From positions 70,514 through 134,513 of the forward strand of contig JAGMDC010000003.1 in assembly GCA_023128895.1 (NCBI GenBank): a stretch of DNA of 64,000 nucleotides, given 5' to 3'. The position numbers were made by a program, and so were the translations under genes. Source of the stretch: Candidatus Parcubacteria bacterium. Lineage in GTDB: Bacteria; Patescibacteriota; Minisyncoccia; Minisyncoccales; JAGMDC01. Below are positions 1 to 10,288 of this stretch, piece by piece. The notes under the pieces were generated by a model, which was given only the letters and a program-made list of their open reading frames with translations, was not told the origin of the DNA and did no database searches. Position 1 is the first letter of the stretch. Every line of letters starts with the position of its first letter.

Positions 1-36
1 TACTTGGGCTTGAAAACAAAATTCGTCTGTTAAAAC

Positions 37-65
37 TTGACAAATTAGAAATAAAGAAGTATAAT
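37..65 (+). promoter_or_regulatory. sigma70 consensus promoter
   Basis: TTGACA(37-42)-17 nt-TATAAT(60-65) upstream of ORF 175. Confidence 0.85.
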
Positions 66-123
66 ATAATCAGCAATGATGATAATTTCGTCATATTAAA
101 ATTAAATAAGGATTGTTTTTAGA

Positions 124-176
124 ATTTTACATCACCGAATTGTCCGTCTTACGCGGACAGCTCGGTGATGTAAAAT
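124..176 (+). promoter_or_regulatory. 5'UTR hairpin sequestering SD and start codon
   Basis: Perfect 15-bp inverted repeat ATTTTACATCACCGA(124-138)/TCGGTGATGTAAAAT(162-176) plus inner stem; covers GGTGA and the AT of ATG. Confidence 0.7.
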
Positions 177-1275
177 GATAGTAATAGTCGGAGACCTACA
201 TCTTGTGGATGAGAGCGTAATGCCAAATATGCCATCAGCGACAATAGAAAAAATTTTCGCAAAAATAATCAAAAGTATAGAACAAACAAAACCAAACAGA
301 CTCACATTAGTTCTAAACGGAGACATCTTTGATACGCTTACTTCTGAACTGTGGCTCACAAATGAGTTCAATGGAGACACAGCGATAAAAGTGTTCCGGG
401 GTGTCCAAAAAACAGAAAGCGCGAAAATTTTCCAAAGAAAAATCAACAAACTTTGTTCAATGATTTCAGTAGAAATCCAGTATATCAGCGGTAATCACGA
501 TTTAACAAACGAATTTCCGCAATTGCGAAAAAAAATCAGCGATTTTCTTGGAATGGAAGTAGGAAAAAATATTTTCTTCGTAGACGAATTCTTTGACAAA
601 GCAACATCTGTTTACGCGACGCACGGGGACAAAAACGACGCATGGAAAATCTGGAAAACTAATTTTGGGAACCAAATGCAAATATGGTTCACAGTGAAAG
701 CATTGGTTGATATCAGAGACAAGACAGGCAACTTGAATTTCAAAAAAATCGCTAATGTCGGCGAAGTTCTTCCCAGAAAAAGAACTGAATTTATAAAAGC
801 AGTCCTGGGAGAGAAAGACGGAAACACAGCGAAAATAATAATAAGGCAGACAACAGAACAATTTTTCGCCAGTGATTCCACAAGAAACGCAATCAGAGCG
901 TTTTTCAATAAAAGACCAGTAATGGCGAAAATAACGGAAAAAATAGTTTGCAACAAAATAACTGCTGGGATTCTATCCCGCTTATTATTAGCATACTATT
1001 ACACAATAGAGAGAGATTTCAGAAACGCAAAACAAAAAAAGGAGATAAATAAATATCTCCGCGACAAAGGAATTCAAGCAAGATACATTGTCGTGGGGCA
1101 TACCCACGAAGAAGAACATTCAAAAATAGCGGGAACAGGCATAAAGTTCGTCAACCTCGGGTATTGTCAAAAACCCGGAGAAGGACTAGAAAAGTACAAT
1201 AAAATCAGAGGAAATATTTTTGTTTCCGACGAGTCATCCACAAAAATCATAAATATAAAAATCCCTGGCGCTTAA
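175..1275 (+). CDS. calcineurin-like metallophosphoesterase
   Basis: Motifs GDLH, NGDIFD, GNHD, HGD, GHTH in canonical order. Confidence 0.85.
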   Translation: MIVIVGDLHLVDESVMPNMPSATIEKIFAKIIKSIEQTKPNRLTLVLNGDIFDTLTSELWLTNEFNGDTAIKVFRGVQKTESAKIFQRKINKLCSMISVEIQYISGNHDLTNEFPQLRKKISDFLGMEVGKNIFFVDEFFDKATSVYATHGDKNDAWKIWKTNFGNQMQIWFTVKALVDIRDKTGNLNFKKIANVGEVLPRKRTEFIKAVLGEKDGNTAKIIIRQTTEQFFASDSTRNAIRAFFNKRPVMAKITEKIVCNKITAGILSRLLLAYYYTIERDFRNAKQKKEINKYLRDKGIQARYIVVGHTHEEEHSKIAGTGIKFVNLGYCQKPGEGLEKYNKIRGNIFVSDESSTKIINIKIPGA

Positions 1276-1322
1276 ACGGCTAAAATTGTTTTAAGTACCA
1301 GGGAAAATTTTTTTTACTAAAT

Positions 1323-4109
1323 TTATTCAATTTTGATTTTTGGAGATTTGCGTGTTTGGATTTTTTCTTGAATTTGAATTATCTTAAATTCTTCGTCATC
1401 GCTTTGCGGCGGCTCAATTTCTATTCTGTCGCCTTTTTTAATTTGGTCCGACAAAATCGCTTTTGCCAGCACGTTTTCCACTGTATTTTGAATTACTCTA
1501 TTCATTTCCCGCGCGCCAAAAGCAGGAGAATATCCTAATTCCACAATTTTCGTTTTCAAAGCAGGTGTGATATGAAAATCAATTTCTTTTTTCTTTAGCC
1601 CTTGCCTTACTTTATTCAGCATTAACGCAGAAATCCCCAATAAATGCCTTTTTGTTAACGGCTTGAACAGAACTACTGCGTCAAATCTATTGATAAATTC
1701 GGGCCTAAACATTCTTTTTTCAAACAGCATGCTCATAAGGTCTTTTTTAATAAGATCCATTTTAGTGTCTTCTTCAAGGTCCCTTACGATAATAGCGGCG
1801 CCGGCGTTTGAAGTCGCGATAATAATACAATTGCGAAAATTAACTCCCCTGCCCAATCCGTCAGTCAAATGACCTTCGTCCAAGACTTGCAAAAACAAAT
1901 TCAAAATATTTGGATGCGCTTTTTCTATTTCATCCAATAAAATTAAAGAAAACGGATTCCTTCTCACTTTACTGGTTAAAAGCCCGAACTGCTCTGTGGA
2001 TCCAATCAAACGCGCAATATCTTCTGTAGTTTGAAACTCTGACATATCCAACCGTATCATTTTATCTTCTCTTCCAAAATAAATTTCGCTTAACGCCTTT
2101 GAGGTCTCAGTCTTCCCTACTCCAGTAGGGCCCAAGAATAAGAACGTTCCGATCGGCTTCTTTCTTTGTTTAATCTCAGCGCGCGCGCGGCGCATGCTCG
2201 CGGAAATTTCTTTAACCGCTTCTTCCTGATTAATAATGCGCTGGTGAATTAATTTCTCCAAATTCAATAATTTTTCTTTTTCTTTTGTTTCTACATCCCC
2301 TACAGGGATTTCTGTTTTCTTGGTGATAATTTCCGCAACATGCTTTGGCACAACTATTTTGTTTCCCCTTTTTTTCGCGGTATGGACAACCACCTCGTCC
2401 AGTAAATCCAGGGCTTTTTTGGGAAAAGGAATATCCTCTAAATACCGCTCGGAATATTGTATCGCGCTCTTTAACGCTGAATAACTTATAAACACGCCAT
2501 GCCTGTTTTCAAACCTTGGCGATGAATTTTCTAAAACTCTTAATGTTTCTTTTTTGGAAAGTTCCGGAACTTTGACTTTCTCAAAAAGAGACGCTGTTGA
2601 AGCGTTACGCTCAATCTGATTAAGCCCGGCAATGCTTGTTATGGCAATAATCTGAAATTTAGGAGAACCGAGAAACGGTCCGAGTATCGCTGATATATTC
2701 ACGGCTCCGGCTTTATTCACTGTTCCAAAATAATTATGGAACTCGTCAATCACTAAAATAACATTTCCAGCGAAAATACATTCATCAAAAATTTTCAGCA
2801 AAACGGCTTCTACCTCTTCAACGCTTTCAAGTTGGGCAACTAAACCGGATAAATTCAATTCTATTATCCTCTTATAATTCAAGGGCGAGGAACTCAAGCC
2901 GAAAACGCTTTTTTGCGCAAGCGCCTTAACAATATTTTTCTTTCCAACCCCTGGCCTTCCAGCAAGCAGAATATTATTTATCTGGGAGCGGCATAAAATT
3001 TTCTCCATCTGGTCAATCTTGGAAAAATGCCCTACTTGTTCATAATGCGCGTATCGCATATATTTGCTCCAATTTACTGAATACTGGTCCAAGGTAATAG
3101 TATAAGCCATTGCCCAGTCCTTTGCCAAACTTCCTTTTTTCGCTAAATTTTTAGGGTCCCAAAATCTTTTATCCTGTTCAATTCTTTGTTCTATTCTCGT
3201 TTTCCAATCGCATAAATTGCTGATATCCTCAGGCTTGAGACTATTTTTTGTCAAAAAATTTTTAAAAGTTTGGTTATGTTTGGCAAGGGACAACAGGATG
3301 TCGCACGTACTCACGCGTTCGCGCTTTTTCTGAAAAGCGATTATTAAAGATTCCAAAATAACATCATGGAAGTCCACAAAATAATCCGAACTATCCGGTT
3401 TTGCGCGGAAATGAGTCTGGGATTGGCGCAATTTCGCTTTTAATAATTTTTGAATTTCTTGCGTCAACAAAAGCGCCCTGTTAAACACAAAATTTAATTC
3501 AGGATTTTTGTCTATAAGAAAATAGAACAAAATCGACGAATTCAAAGGAATTTTATTTTTCTTCGCAAATTTTATTGCTGCTGATACCGCGCTCGCTGAG
3601 CCAAAATCTAAAAATTCGGCAAGATTGTGTTTGCCTACAATATACATTTCGTCTTTCTTCTGTCTTTCATAGATACCTTTTTTGCGAACTTTCACAATGC
3701 TGGACAAAGGCGCTTTCAAAGCAGGATTTTTGAGATACTCAAAAAACTTTTCCAAAATCAAAGACGCGATTCCGAAACACAGAAAGATCATTGACAAACC
3801 CAATAACCGCAAACATATTGGATTGGAATAGATAAACGTTAAAGAAAATGTCTTTATTACGTCTATTAAATATATTTCAAACACTTTTATAATTTCTGTG
3901 TCGCCTCTTTGCGCGAAATATGTTTCAATCGGCGAGGTTATAAAAATAAAATAAAAAGTCAGGAGTATACATGCGATAAGACAAATAATGAACAAAATAA
4001 TAAAAATTCGCCTAAAAAAGTTTGCCAACTTAAAAGACGGGTGCTTTGCTACTTTCAGCGCCCTGTAAATATCTGCCTGTTTCAGGTCAAAATAAAATTC
4101 TGAAGCCAT
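1323..4109 (-). CDS. ClpA/ClpB-family AAA+ ATPase with N-terminal membrane segments
   Basis: Two AAA modules (GRPGVGKK/VIDEFH; GPTGVGKT/LLDEIEKAH), RPEFINRFD, FGAREM; hydrophobic N-terminus. Confidence 0.9.
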   Translation of the reverse strand: MASEFYFDLKQADIYRALKVAKHPSFKLANFFRRIFIILFIICLIACILLTFYFIFITSPIETYFAQRGDTEIIKVFEIYLIDVIKTFSLTFIYSNPICLRLLGLSMIFLCFGIASLILEKFFEYLKNPALKAPLSSIVKVRKKGIYERQKKDEMYIVGKHNLAEFLDFGSASAVSAAIKFAKKNKIPLNSSILFYFLIDKNPELNFVFNRALLLTQEIQKLLKAKLRQSQTHFRAKPDSSDYFVDFHDVILESLIIAFQKKRERVSTCDILLSLAKHNQTFKNFLTKNSLKPEDISNLCDWKTRIEQRIEQDKRFWDPKNLAKKGSLAKDWAMAYTITLDQYSVNWSKYMRYAHYEQVGHFSKIDQMEKILCRSQINNILLAGRPGVGKKNIVKALAQKSVFGLSSSPLNYKRIIELNLSGLVAQLESVEEVEAVLLKIFDECIFAGNVILVIDEFHNYFGTVNKAGAVNISAILGPFLGSPKFQIIAITSIAGLNQIERNASTASLFEKVKVPELSKKETLRVLENSSPRFENRHGVFISYSALKSAIQYSERYLEDIPFPKKALDLLDEVVVHTAKKRGNKIVVPKHVAEIITKKTEIPVGDVETKEKEKLLNLEKLIHQRIINQEEAVKEISASMRRARAEIKQRKKPIGTFLFLGPTGVGKTETSKALSEIYFGREDKMIRLDMSEFQTTEDIARLIGSTEQFGLLTSKVRRNPFSLILLDEIEKAHPNILNLFLQVLDEGHLTDGLGRGVNFRNCIIIATSNAGAAIIVRDLEEDTKMDLIKKDLMSMLFEKRMFRPEFINRFDAVVLFKPLTKRHLLGISALMLNKVRQGLKKKEIDFHITPALKTKIVELGYSPAFGAREMNRVIQNTVENVLAKAILSDQIKKGDRIEIEPPQSDDEEFKIIQIQEKIQTRKSPKIKIE

Positions 4110-4467
4110 AAATAAAGCAGGAAAATAAAAAGATTGGCAAAATCAGCCATCCTAAAAAAATTATAATTCCAGCAATAACAACAATTATTTCCGTTATAAT
4201 TCCAATAATAATCATACCTGTTCTGATAATTGAGCCTATCATTCTGGAAATCATATTCATGCAAAATGTTTCAAAATATTCTTTTGGGTCAAACCCCCTT
4301 GCGTACGGTTCCTGATATTTATGCCAATACGAAAACAAAGTTCTCAAAAGTAAAGGCACAGACCAATAATTGAAATTAAAGGCAAGAAAATTTTTCCAAG
4401 CCCTTAAAATCGCGCGCGCCTGCGCGCAATAATGCCAATAAAGATACTGAATTATGATATTAGACAT
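4087..4467 (-). CDS. hypothetical membrane protein
   Basis: 126-aa ORF with hydrophobic C-terminal half, overlapping the Clp ATPase start. Confidence 0.75.
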   Translation of the reverse strand: MSNIIIQYLYWHYCAQARAILRAWKNFLAFNFNYWSVPLLLRTLFSYWHKYQEPYARGFDPKEYFETFCMNMISRMIGSIIRTGMIIIGIITEIIVVIAGIIIFLGWLILPIFLFSCFIYGFRILF

Positions 4468-4469
4468 AG

Positions 4470-4543
4470 TGGACGATACAGGACTCGAACCTGTGGCCTC
4501 TGCGATGTGAACGCAGCGCTCTAACCAACTGAGCTAACCGTCC
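4470..4543 (-). tRNA. tRNA-Val(CAC)
   Basis: Cloverleaf GGACGGT TAGCTCAGTTGGTTAGAGC GCTGCG TT-CAC-AT CGCAG ... GGTTCGAGTCC; CCA not encoded. Confidence 0.95.
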
Positions 4544-4594
4544 TGTTAAATTATATTAACATTTTTCTTTTGTAAAGAAAAGAAGTACAATAGA

Positions 4595-4759
4595 ATGAGA
4601 GTGTGGGACAATATTTTTCGTAGCGAGAGTTTCAAAATTTGAGACAAATTTTTCAAATAATTTTTGAAACCTGTATGGAATACAAGTTGAGGAAATTTTT
4701 GGGAAATTTGACCGAATTTTGGAAGTTGCAGCAGAAAGGATATTGTTCTACACTCTCAT
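4595..4759. repeat. MITE-like element with ~21-bp imperfect terminal inverted repeats
   Basis: ATGAGAGTGTGGGACAATATT ... GATATTGTTCTACACTCTCAT; right end recurs at 21048-21069. Confidence 0.55.
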
Positions 4760-4763
4760 AATT

Positions 4764-6644
<1,881 letters not shown>

Positions 6645-6671
6645 ATAACAAAAATTCAACAACCCACAACC

Positions 6672-6708
6672 AAAAAACCAGCGCTTTCAGCACTGGTTTT
6701 GATTTTTT
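6672..6708 (+). terminator. intrinsic terminator-like hairpin
   Basis: AAAACCAG-cgctttcagca-CTGGTTTT followed by T-rich tract after ORF 4764-6644. Confidence 0.55.
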
Positions 6709-7055
6709 CCATACATTTTATTTTAATCTGGCGAGCTTTCCATGCCGAATCTCGAAAGTAGCCTAAGCGAAACTACGGTTCGCCAAAGGCTACGGCGAAG
6801 CGAAGGCGGGAGTTATTGAATAAAGTCTGAACTTTTTTTTCAACAAAATCCCGACGCTGAATTTTGATTTTGCCGCGCTTCGCGCGGACTAACAGGTGGC
6901 AAAAATTTCCCCTCTCAAACTTTCCCCATTTTTGCCGTTTGCTTAATTTCAGAAGGAATTTTGGGTTCCCGACCTCGCTTTGCGAGGTCGGGAAAAATTA
7001 TTATTGATTCTTTTTAAAAATGTCTTTTAACTTTCTTTAATCATCTGTTTCTTTT

Positions 7056-7346
7056 TTACTCCAAGAACTTAATCAAAATTGCCGCAAACCATAATATAAA
7101 CAATGTGATGCTCCACCAAAAAAACTTCTTCTGTGCATTTTTATCAAGTACTGATTTCCCTTCTTCTTCTTGACCATAGAGTAAATGAAATGCGTTATCT
7201 ATTACATGACCAGAAATACCATAGATAAAAGTAACTAGACCATAATAAAAATAATCAGGACTCCAAAGTGCAGCGATAGAAAAAGCAAGTCCGAAAACCG
7301 CAATATTTAAAAAATAAGAAACCTTGTCATTTATTAATAAATTCAT
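7056..7346 (-). CDS. small hypothetical membrane protein (about 3 TM)
   Basis: 96-aa ORF with hydrophobic segments, 12 nt downstream of the HEPN-motif gene. Confidence 0.7.
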   Translation of the reverse strand: MNLLINDKVSYFLNIAVFGLAFSIAALWSPDYFYYGLVTFIYGISGHVIDNAFHLLYGQEEEGKSVLDKNAQKKFFWWSITLFILWFAAILIKFLE

Positions 7347-7358
7347 AAATTTATTTAC

Positions 7359-8006
7359 TTAATTATTGTTGCTCGACTTCTGATTGTTCTTTTTTGTCTT
7401 TTGCTTTTTCTCAATAATCTCAACAAAAGGAGAATCATTAACAATTTCTATTGTGCCATGCTTGTTAAATTTAGCCCATTGATAAATTCCTAAAATTTTT
7501 AAATAATCATTATAAAAATCCTCGGTTTTCTTTATGACATAATTGACATCCTCTCGGCTGAGATTGTTCCATATCTTTTTTACCTCGGGCAATGCTATCT
7601 TTTTATCACGGTGAGCAGACAATTTATTTCTTACTTTCCTATATTTTCCATTTTTTGAAAATTCTCTTAATTCTTGCAGAAATTGATTAATTTTTTTCAA
7701 TATCTCTTTTTGTTGTTCACATTTAATAGATTGGCATTCAATGATTAGATTTTTAAATTCTTGAAATTTATCATACATTGAACATATATCCATTATTATA
7801 TATTTAAGAATCGCTCTTTTTCTATGCGGATCCTTTTGCTCCGCATATATTTCACTAAGACATGAAACATCGTCGTATATTAGCCTAAAAAGGTAAAGTT
7901 GTTTCGTTAAAGATTCTTCCGGAAAAAATTTGCTTTCGTTATAATCGCTAAAAGGATGATAAATATCATCCCTATCTTTATTGTAAAAATAATTGCTTTT
8001 GTCCAT
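7359..8006 (-). CDS. putative HEPN-domain protein
   Basis: Helical-looking 215-aa protein with R-x5-H motif (VRNKLSAH). Confidence 0.6.
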   Translation of the reverse strand: MDKSNYFYNKDRDDIYHPFSDYNESKFFPEESLTKQLYLFRLIYDDVSCLSEIYAEQKDPHRKRAILKYIIMDICSMYDKFQEFKNLIIECQSIKCEQQKEILKKINQFLQELREFSKNGKYRKVRNKLSAHRDKKIALPEVKKIWNNLSREDVNYVIKKTEDFYNDYLKILGIYQWAKFNKHGTIEIVNDSPFVEIIEKKQKTKKNNQKSSNNN

Positions 8007-8064
8007 AATCTAAAATATTTATTTAACTTCTGCGTCTGGAATTTCAGAAGTTGCAATTATATAG

Positions 8065-9633
8065 TTATAACTCTGGAGTATTAGAATGCGATTCTTCTAA
8101 AATCGGCAAATAGTTTACATAACCTACGCACCTTATATCGTCGTTCCCATCATAAATCATGGATTCTATAATATTTTTATCTTGAGTCCCCCAATAATTT
8201 TCAGAGGCTGAAAAAGTGTTAATACTGCCATCTGATAATTTCAAAACTATATTACTCATATCAATAAAGGAATTGTATTTGATCGTAACTTCTGATGAAT
8301 CTTGACTCATAACTATGATATAAAAATTGAAGTAACCCGTATTATTGATTGAGTGTCCTTTATAAAAAAAATTATTTTTTATACAAACTTTAACATCATT
8401 ATCAGTAAATATTCTAAAACCATATGTATTTACAAACTTATTATAGTTAATATTAATATTTCCGGAAGGAAACGCCATCGTTGACTGTTCGGCTAAATTA
8501 ATAAGTTCAGAATGTTGTAAATGAAAATGTCCATTATGATTGCCACCAGGCCAAAACATAAGTCCATTTTTAACTATACAATACTCTAAATCTAAAAATG
8601 CACTATCATATCCGGTAATATGAAAAAAATCAGAATCATTTCCACCATCAAAAGTAATCCTATCCCCTTTAATACCATGGGCATATATCGTGCCGTTAAT
8701 TAAAAACATATCACCACTTGTAGGTTTTGTAACTATTACGCCCGGTTTAATAGTAAGCGTTACACCTAATGGTATCTGAACAGTGCTGGTTATTATATAG
8801 GGACTATTTTTTGTTGTCCAAATAGTATTTTCAGAAATTATACCGCCTACTTCAGTGCCCGCTATCATCTCTTTCTTATAGAAAACTTGAATCATATCGT
8901 CATAATAAGGTGCTTTATACTGATTGTCAGAATTTTTCACAAACACCCTTAAATGTATTGTTTCTAGGTTAAAGATGTCATTATCAATAGTTACAGTAAC
9001 TTGATCCTCTGTTTGCCAAGTATTTGGAAATCCCGTGCCAACAAATTGGTAAAGAACCGGATTAGCGATTATATTATTAATCTCAACCCTTATTGTAATA
9101 GTTTCTCCCTCCTTTAATTCTGGCCAAGGACTCAACCAAGTGGTATTTTTACCGTTATACTCTGATTGAAGTTGTACATTATCTTTGGTATCGGTCAGCT
9201 TAATTATAGTAGCGTATTTAGTTTTAGATACTTCTTCAGCTTTTTCTTCCTCAACTTCTGGAATAAATTCTGGCCCTGCGGTTTCTTCTTGGATTGGTTG
9301 AATCTCTGATTCAGTTTCTGTTTTTTCTGCTAATTCTTGGTCCTGTTGGACGATTTCGTCTTCATCTATTTTTTGTTGAAAAATTTCTTCCTCTGTTGGT
9401 TCATCTTCTGATTTTGGTTCTTGTCCATTTTGCAATTCTTCTTTTGCTTCCTCATCTTTTACAGTTATAATTTCCTTGTTTTGTTCTAATACTCCAGAAA
9501 TATCAGCGGTAATAGATGGCGATTTTTCCTGCCTATGTAAAACAACACCAGCTCCTACTGATGAGGCGACGATAACTATAATAGCAATTATTAAAATCGG
9601 TATTTGAATAAATCCTTTTTGACTATTCATCAT
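8065..9633 (-). CDS. surface protein with pilin-like N-terminus, acidic linker and beta-helix-like C-terminal domain
   Basis: QKGFIQIPILIIAII leader; E/Q-rich stretch; NTIWTTKNSPYII, LTIKPGV, ASENYWG motifs. Confidence 0.7.
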   Translation of the reverse strand: MMNSQKGFIQIPILIIAIIVIVASSVGAGVVLHRQEKSPSITADISGVLEQNKEIITVKDEEAKEELQNGQEPKSEDEPTEEEIFQQKIDEDEIVQQDQELAEKTETESEIQPIQEETAGPEFIPEVEEEKAEEVSKTKYATIIKLTDTKDNVQLQSEYNGKNTTWLSPWPELKEGETITIRVEINNIIANPVLYQFVGTGFPNTWQTEDQVTVTIDNDIFNLETIHLRVFVKNSDNQYKAPYYDDMIQVFYKKEMIAGTEVGGIISENTIWTTKNSPYIITSTVQIPLGVTLTIKPGVIVTKPTSGDMFLINGTIYAHGIKGDRITFDGGNDSDFFHITGYDSAFLDLEYCIVKNGLMFWPGGNHNGHFHLQHSELINLAEQSTMAFPSGNININYNKFVNTYGFRIFTDNDVKVCIKNNFFYKGHSINNTGYFNFYIIVMSQDSSEVTIKYNSFIDMSNIVLKLSDGSINTFSASENYWGTQDKNIIESMIYDGNDDIRCVGYVNYLPILEESHSNTPEL

Positions 9634-9968
9634 CTATAACGATAACATAAAACCTTTAATTTTGCAAGTGTTTTTTTTGGTTTTCAATTTTTTTCGGCCC
9701 GTTATTAAAGCAAGCGGGCAAAAAATGGGGCGGATTTTTTGCCTATTAAGATGTCCGCCTTCTTTGGTAAACTAATGAAACGGATTTGAAAGGAAAAAAT
9801 TGTTTCACAATTTTTTCCGCCAATCCCTGTAAAAATTTAATCCAATTCTAATTAAAAAATTTTATGGCGGCGTTTAATATAAAATGTAAAATTTTTACAG
9901 GGTTTGGCTCGCCACCGAAAATAAACAAAACGGCGCTGAAAGCGCCGCAATTATCAAAATGTCCTATC

Positions 9969-10046
9969 TGGCGGGAGCGACCGGATTCGAACCGGCGATC
10001 TCATCCGTGACAAGGATGCGCTTTAAACCAGCTAAGCTACGCCCCC
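9969..10046 (-). tRNA. tRNA-Asp(GTC)
   Basis: GGGGGCG TAGCTTAGCTGGTTTAAAGC GCATCC TT-GTC-AC GGATG ... GGTTCGAATCC ... CGCTCCC G CCA. Confidence 0.95.
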
Positions 10047-10063
10047 ATAATAGAAAAAGTAAA

Positions 10064-10225
10064 GTGCCTAGGGCAGGAATCGAAGAGTTGCCCGAAGGCG
10101 GTGTTTTACCTCGCTTCGCTCGGCAAAACGCGGGAGGTAGGTTCTCACCACACCCTTAGCAAGTAAGAATTTTAGGCGCCTTCGGCGCTTAAAAATTCTC
10201 ACTGGTGCCTAGGGCAGGAATCGAA
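10064..10225. repeat. 21-bp direct repeat of a tRNA 3' end flanking a 120-bp hairpin-rich spacer
   Basis: GTGCCTAGGGCAGGAATCGAA at 10064-10084 and 10205-10225. Confidence 0.9.
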
Positions 10226-10276
10226 CCTACATTGGCCGCTTATGAGACGGTCTTAGACGCCAGTCTACTCCTAGGC
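10203..10276 (-). tRNA. atypical tRNA with CAT anticodon (elongator Met or Ile2)
   Basis: Perfect acceptor GCCTAGG/CCTAGGC, A73, encoded CCA, T-arm GTAGG-TTCGATT-CCTGC, loop CT-CAT-AA; abnormal D-arm and A8. Confidence 0.7.
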
Positions 10277-10288
10277 ATGTAGGTATAA

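Larger units (their letters stand above)
6805..9977. mobile_element. decayed genomic island at the tRNA-Asp 3' end (no integrase left)
   Basis: GGCGGGAG at 6805-6812 repeats the tRNA-Asp 3' end (9970-9977); very AT-rich cargo genes; hairpin-rich ends. Confidence 0.45.

Noticed and set aside
10203-10276. tRNA-Sec reading (TCA occurs in the anticodon region and the D-loop is 4 nt)
   Set aside because: Stem geometry centres CAT in the 7-nt loop, there is no long variable arm, the acceptor is 7 bp and the discriminator is A
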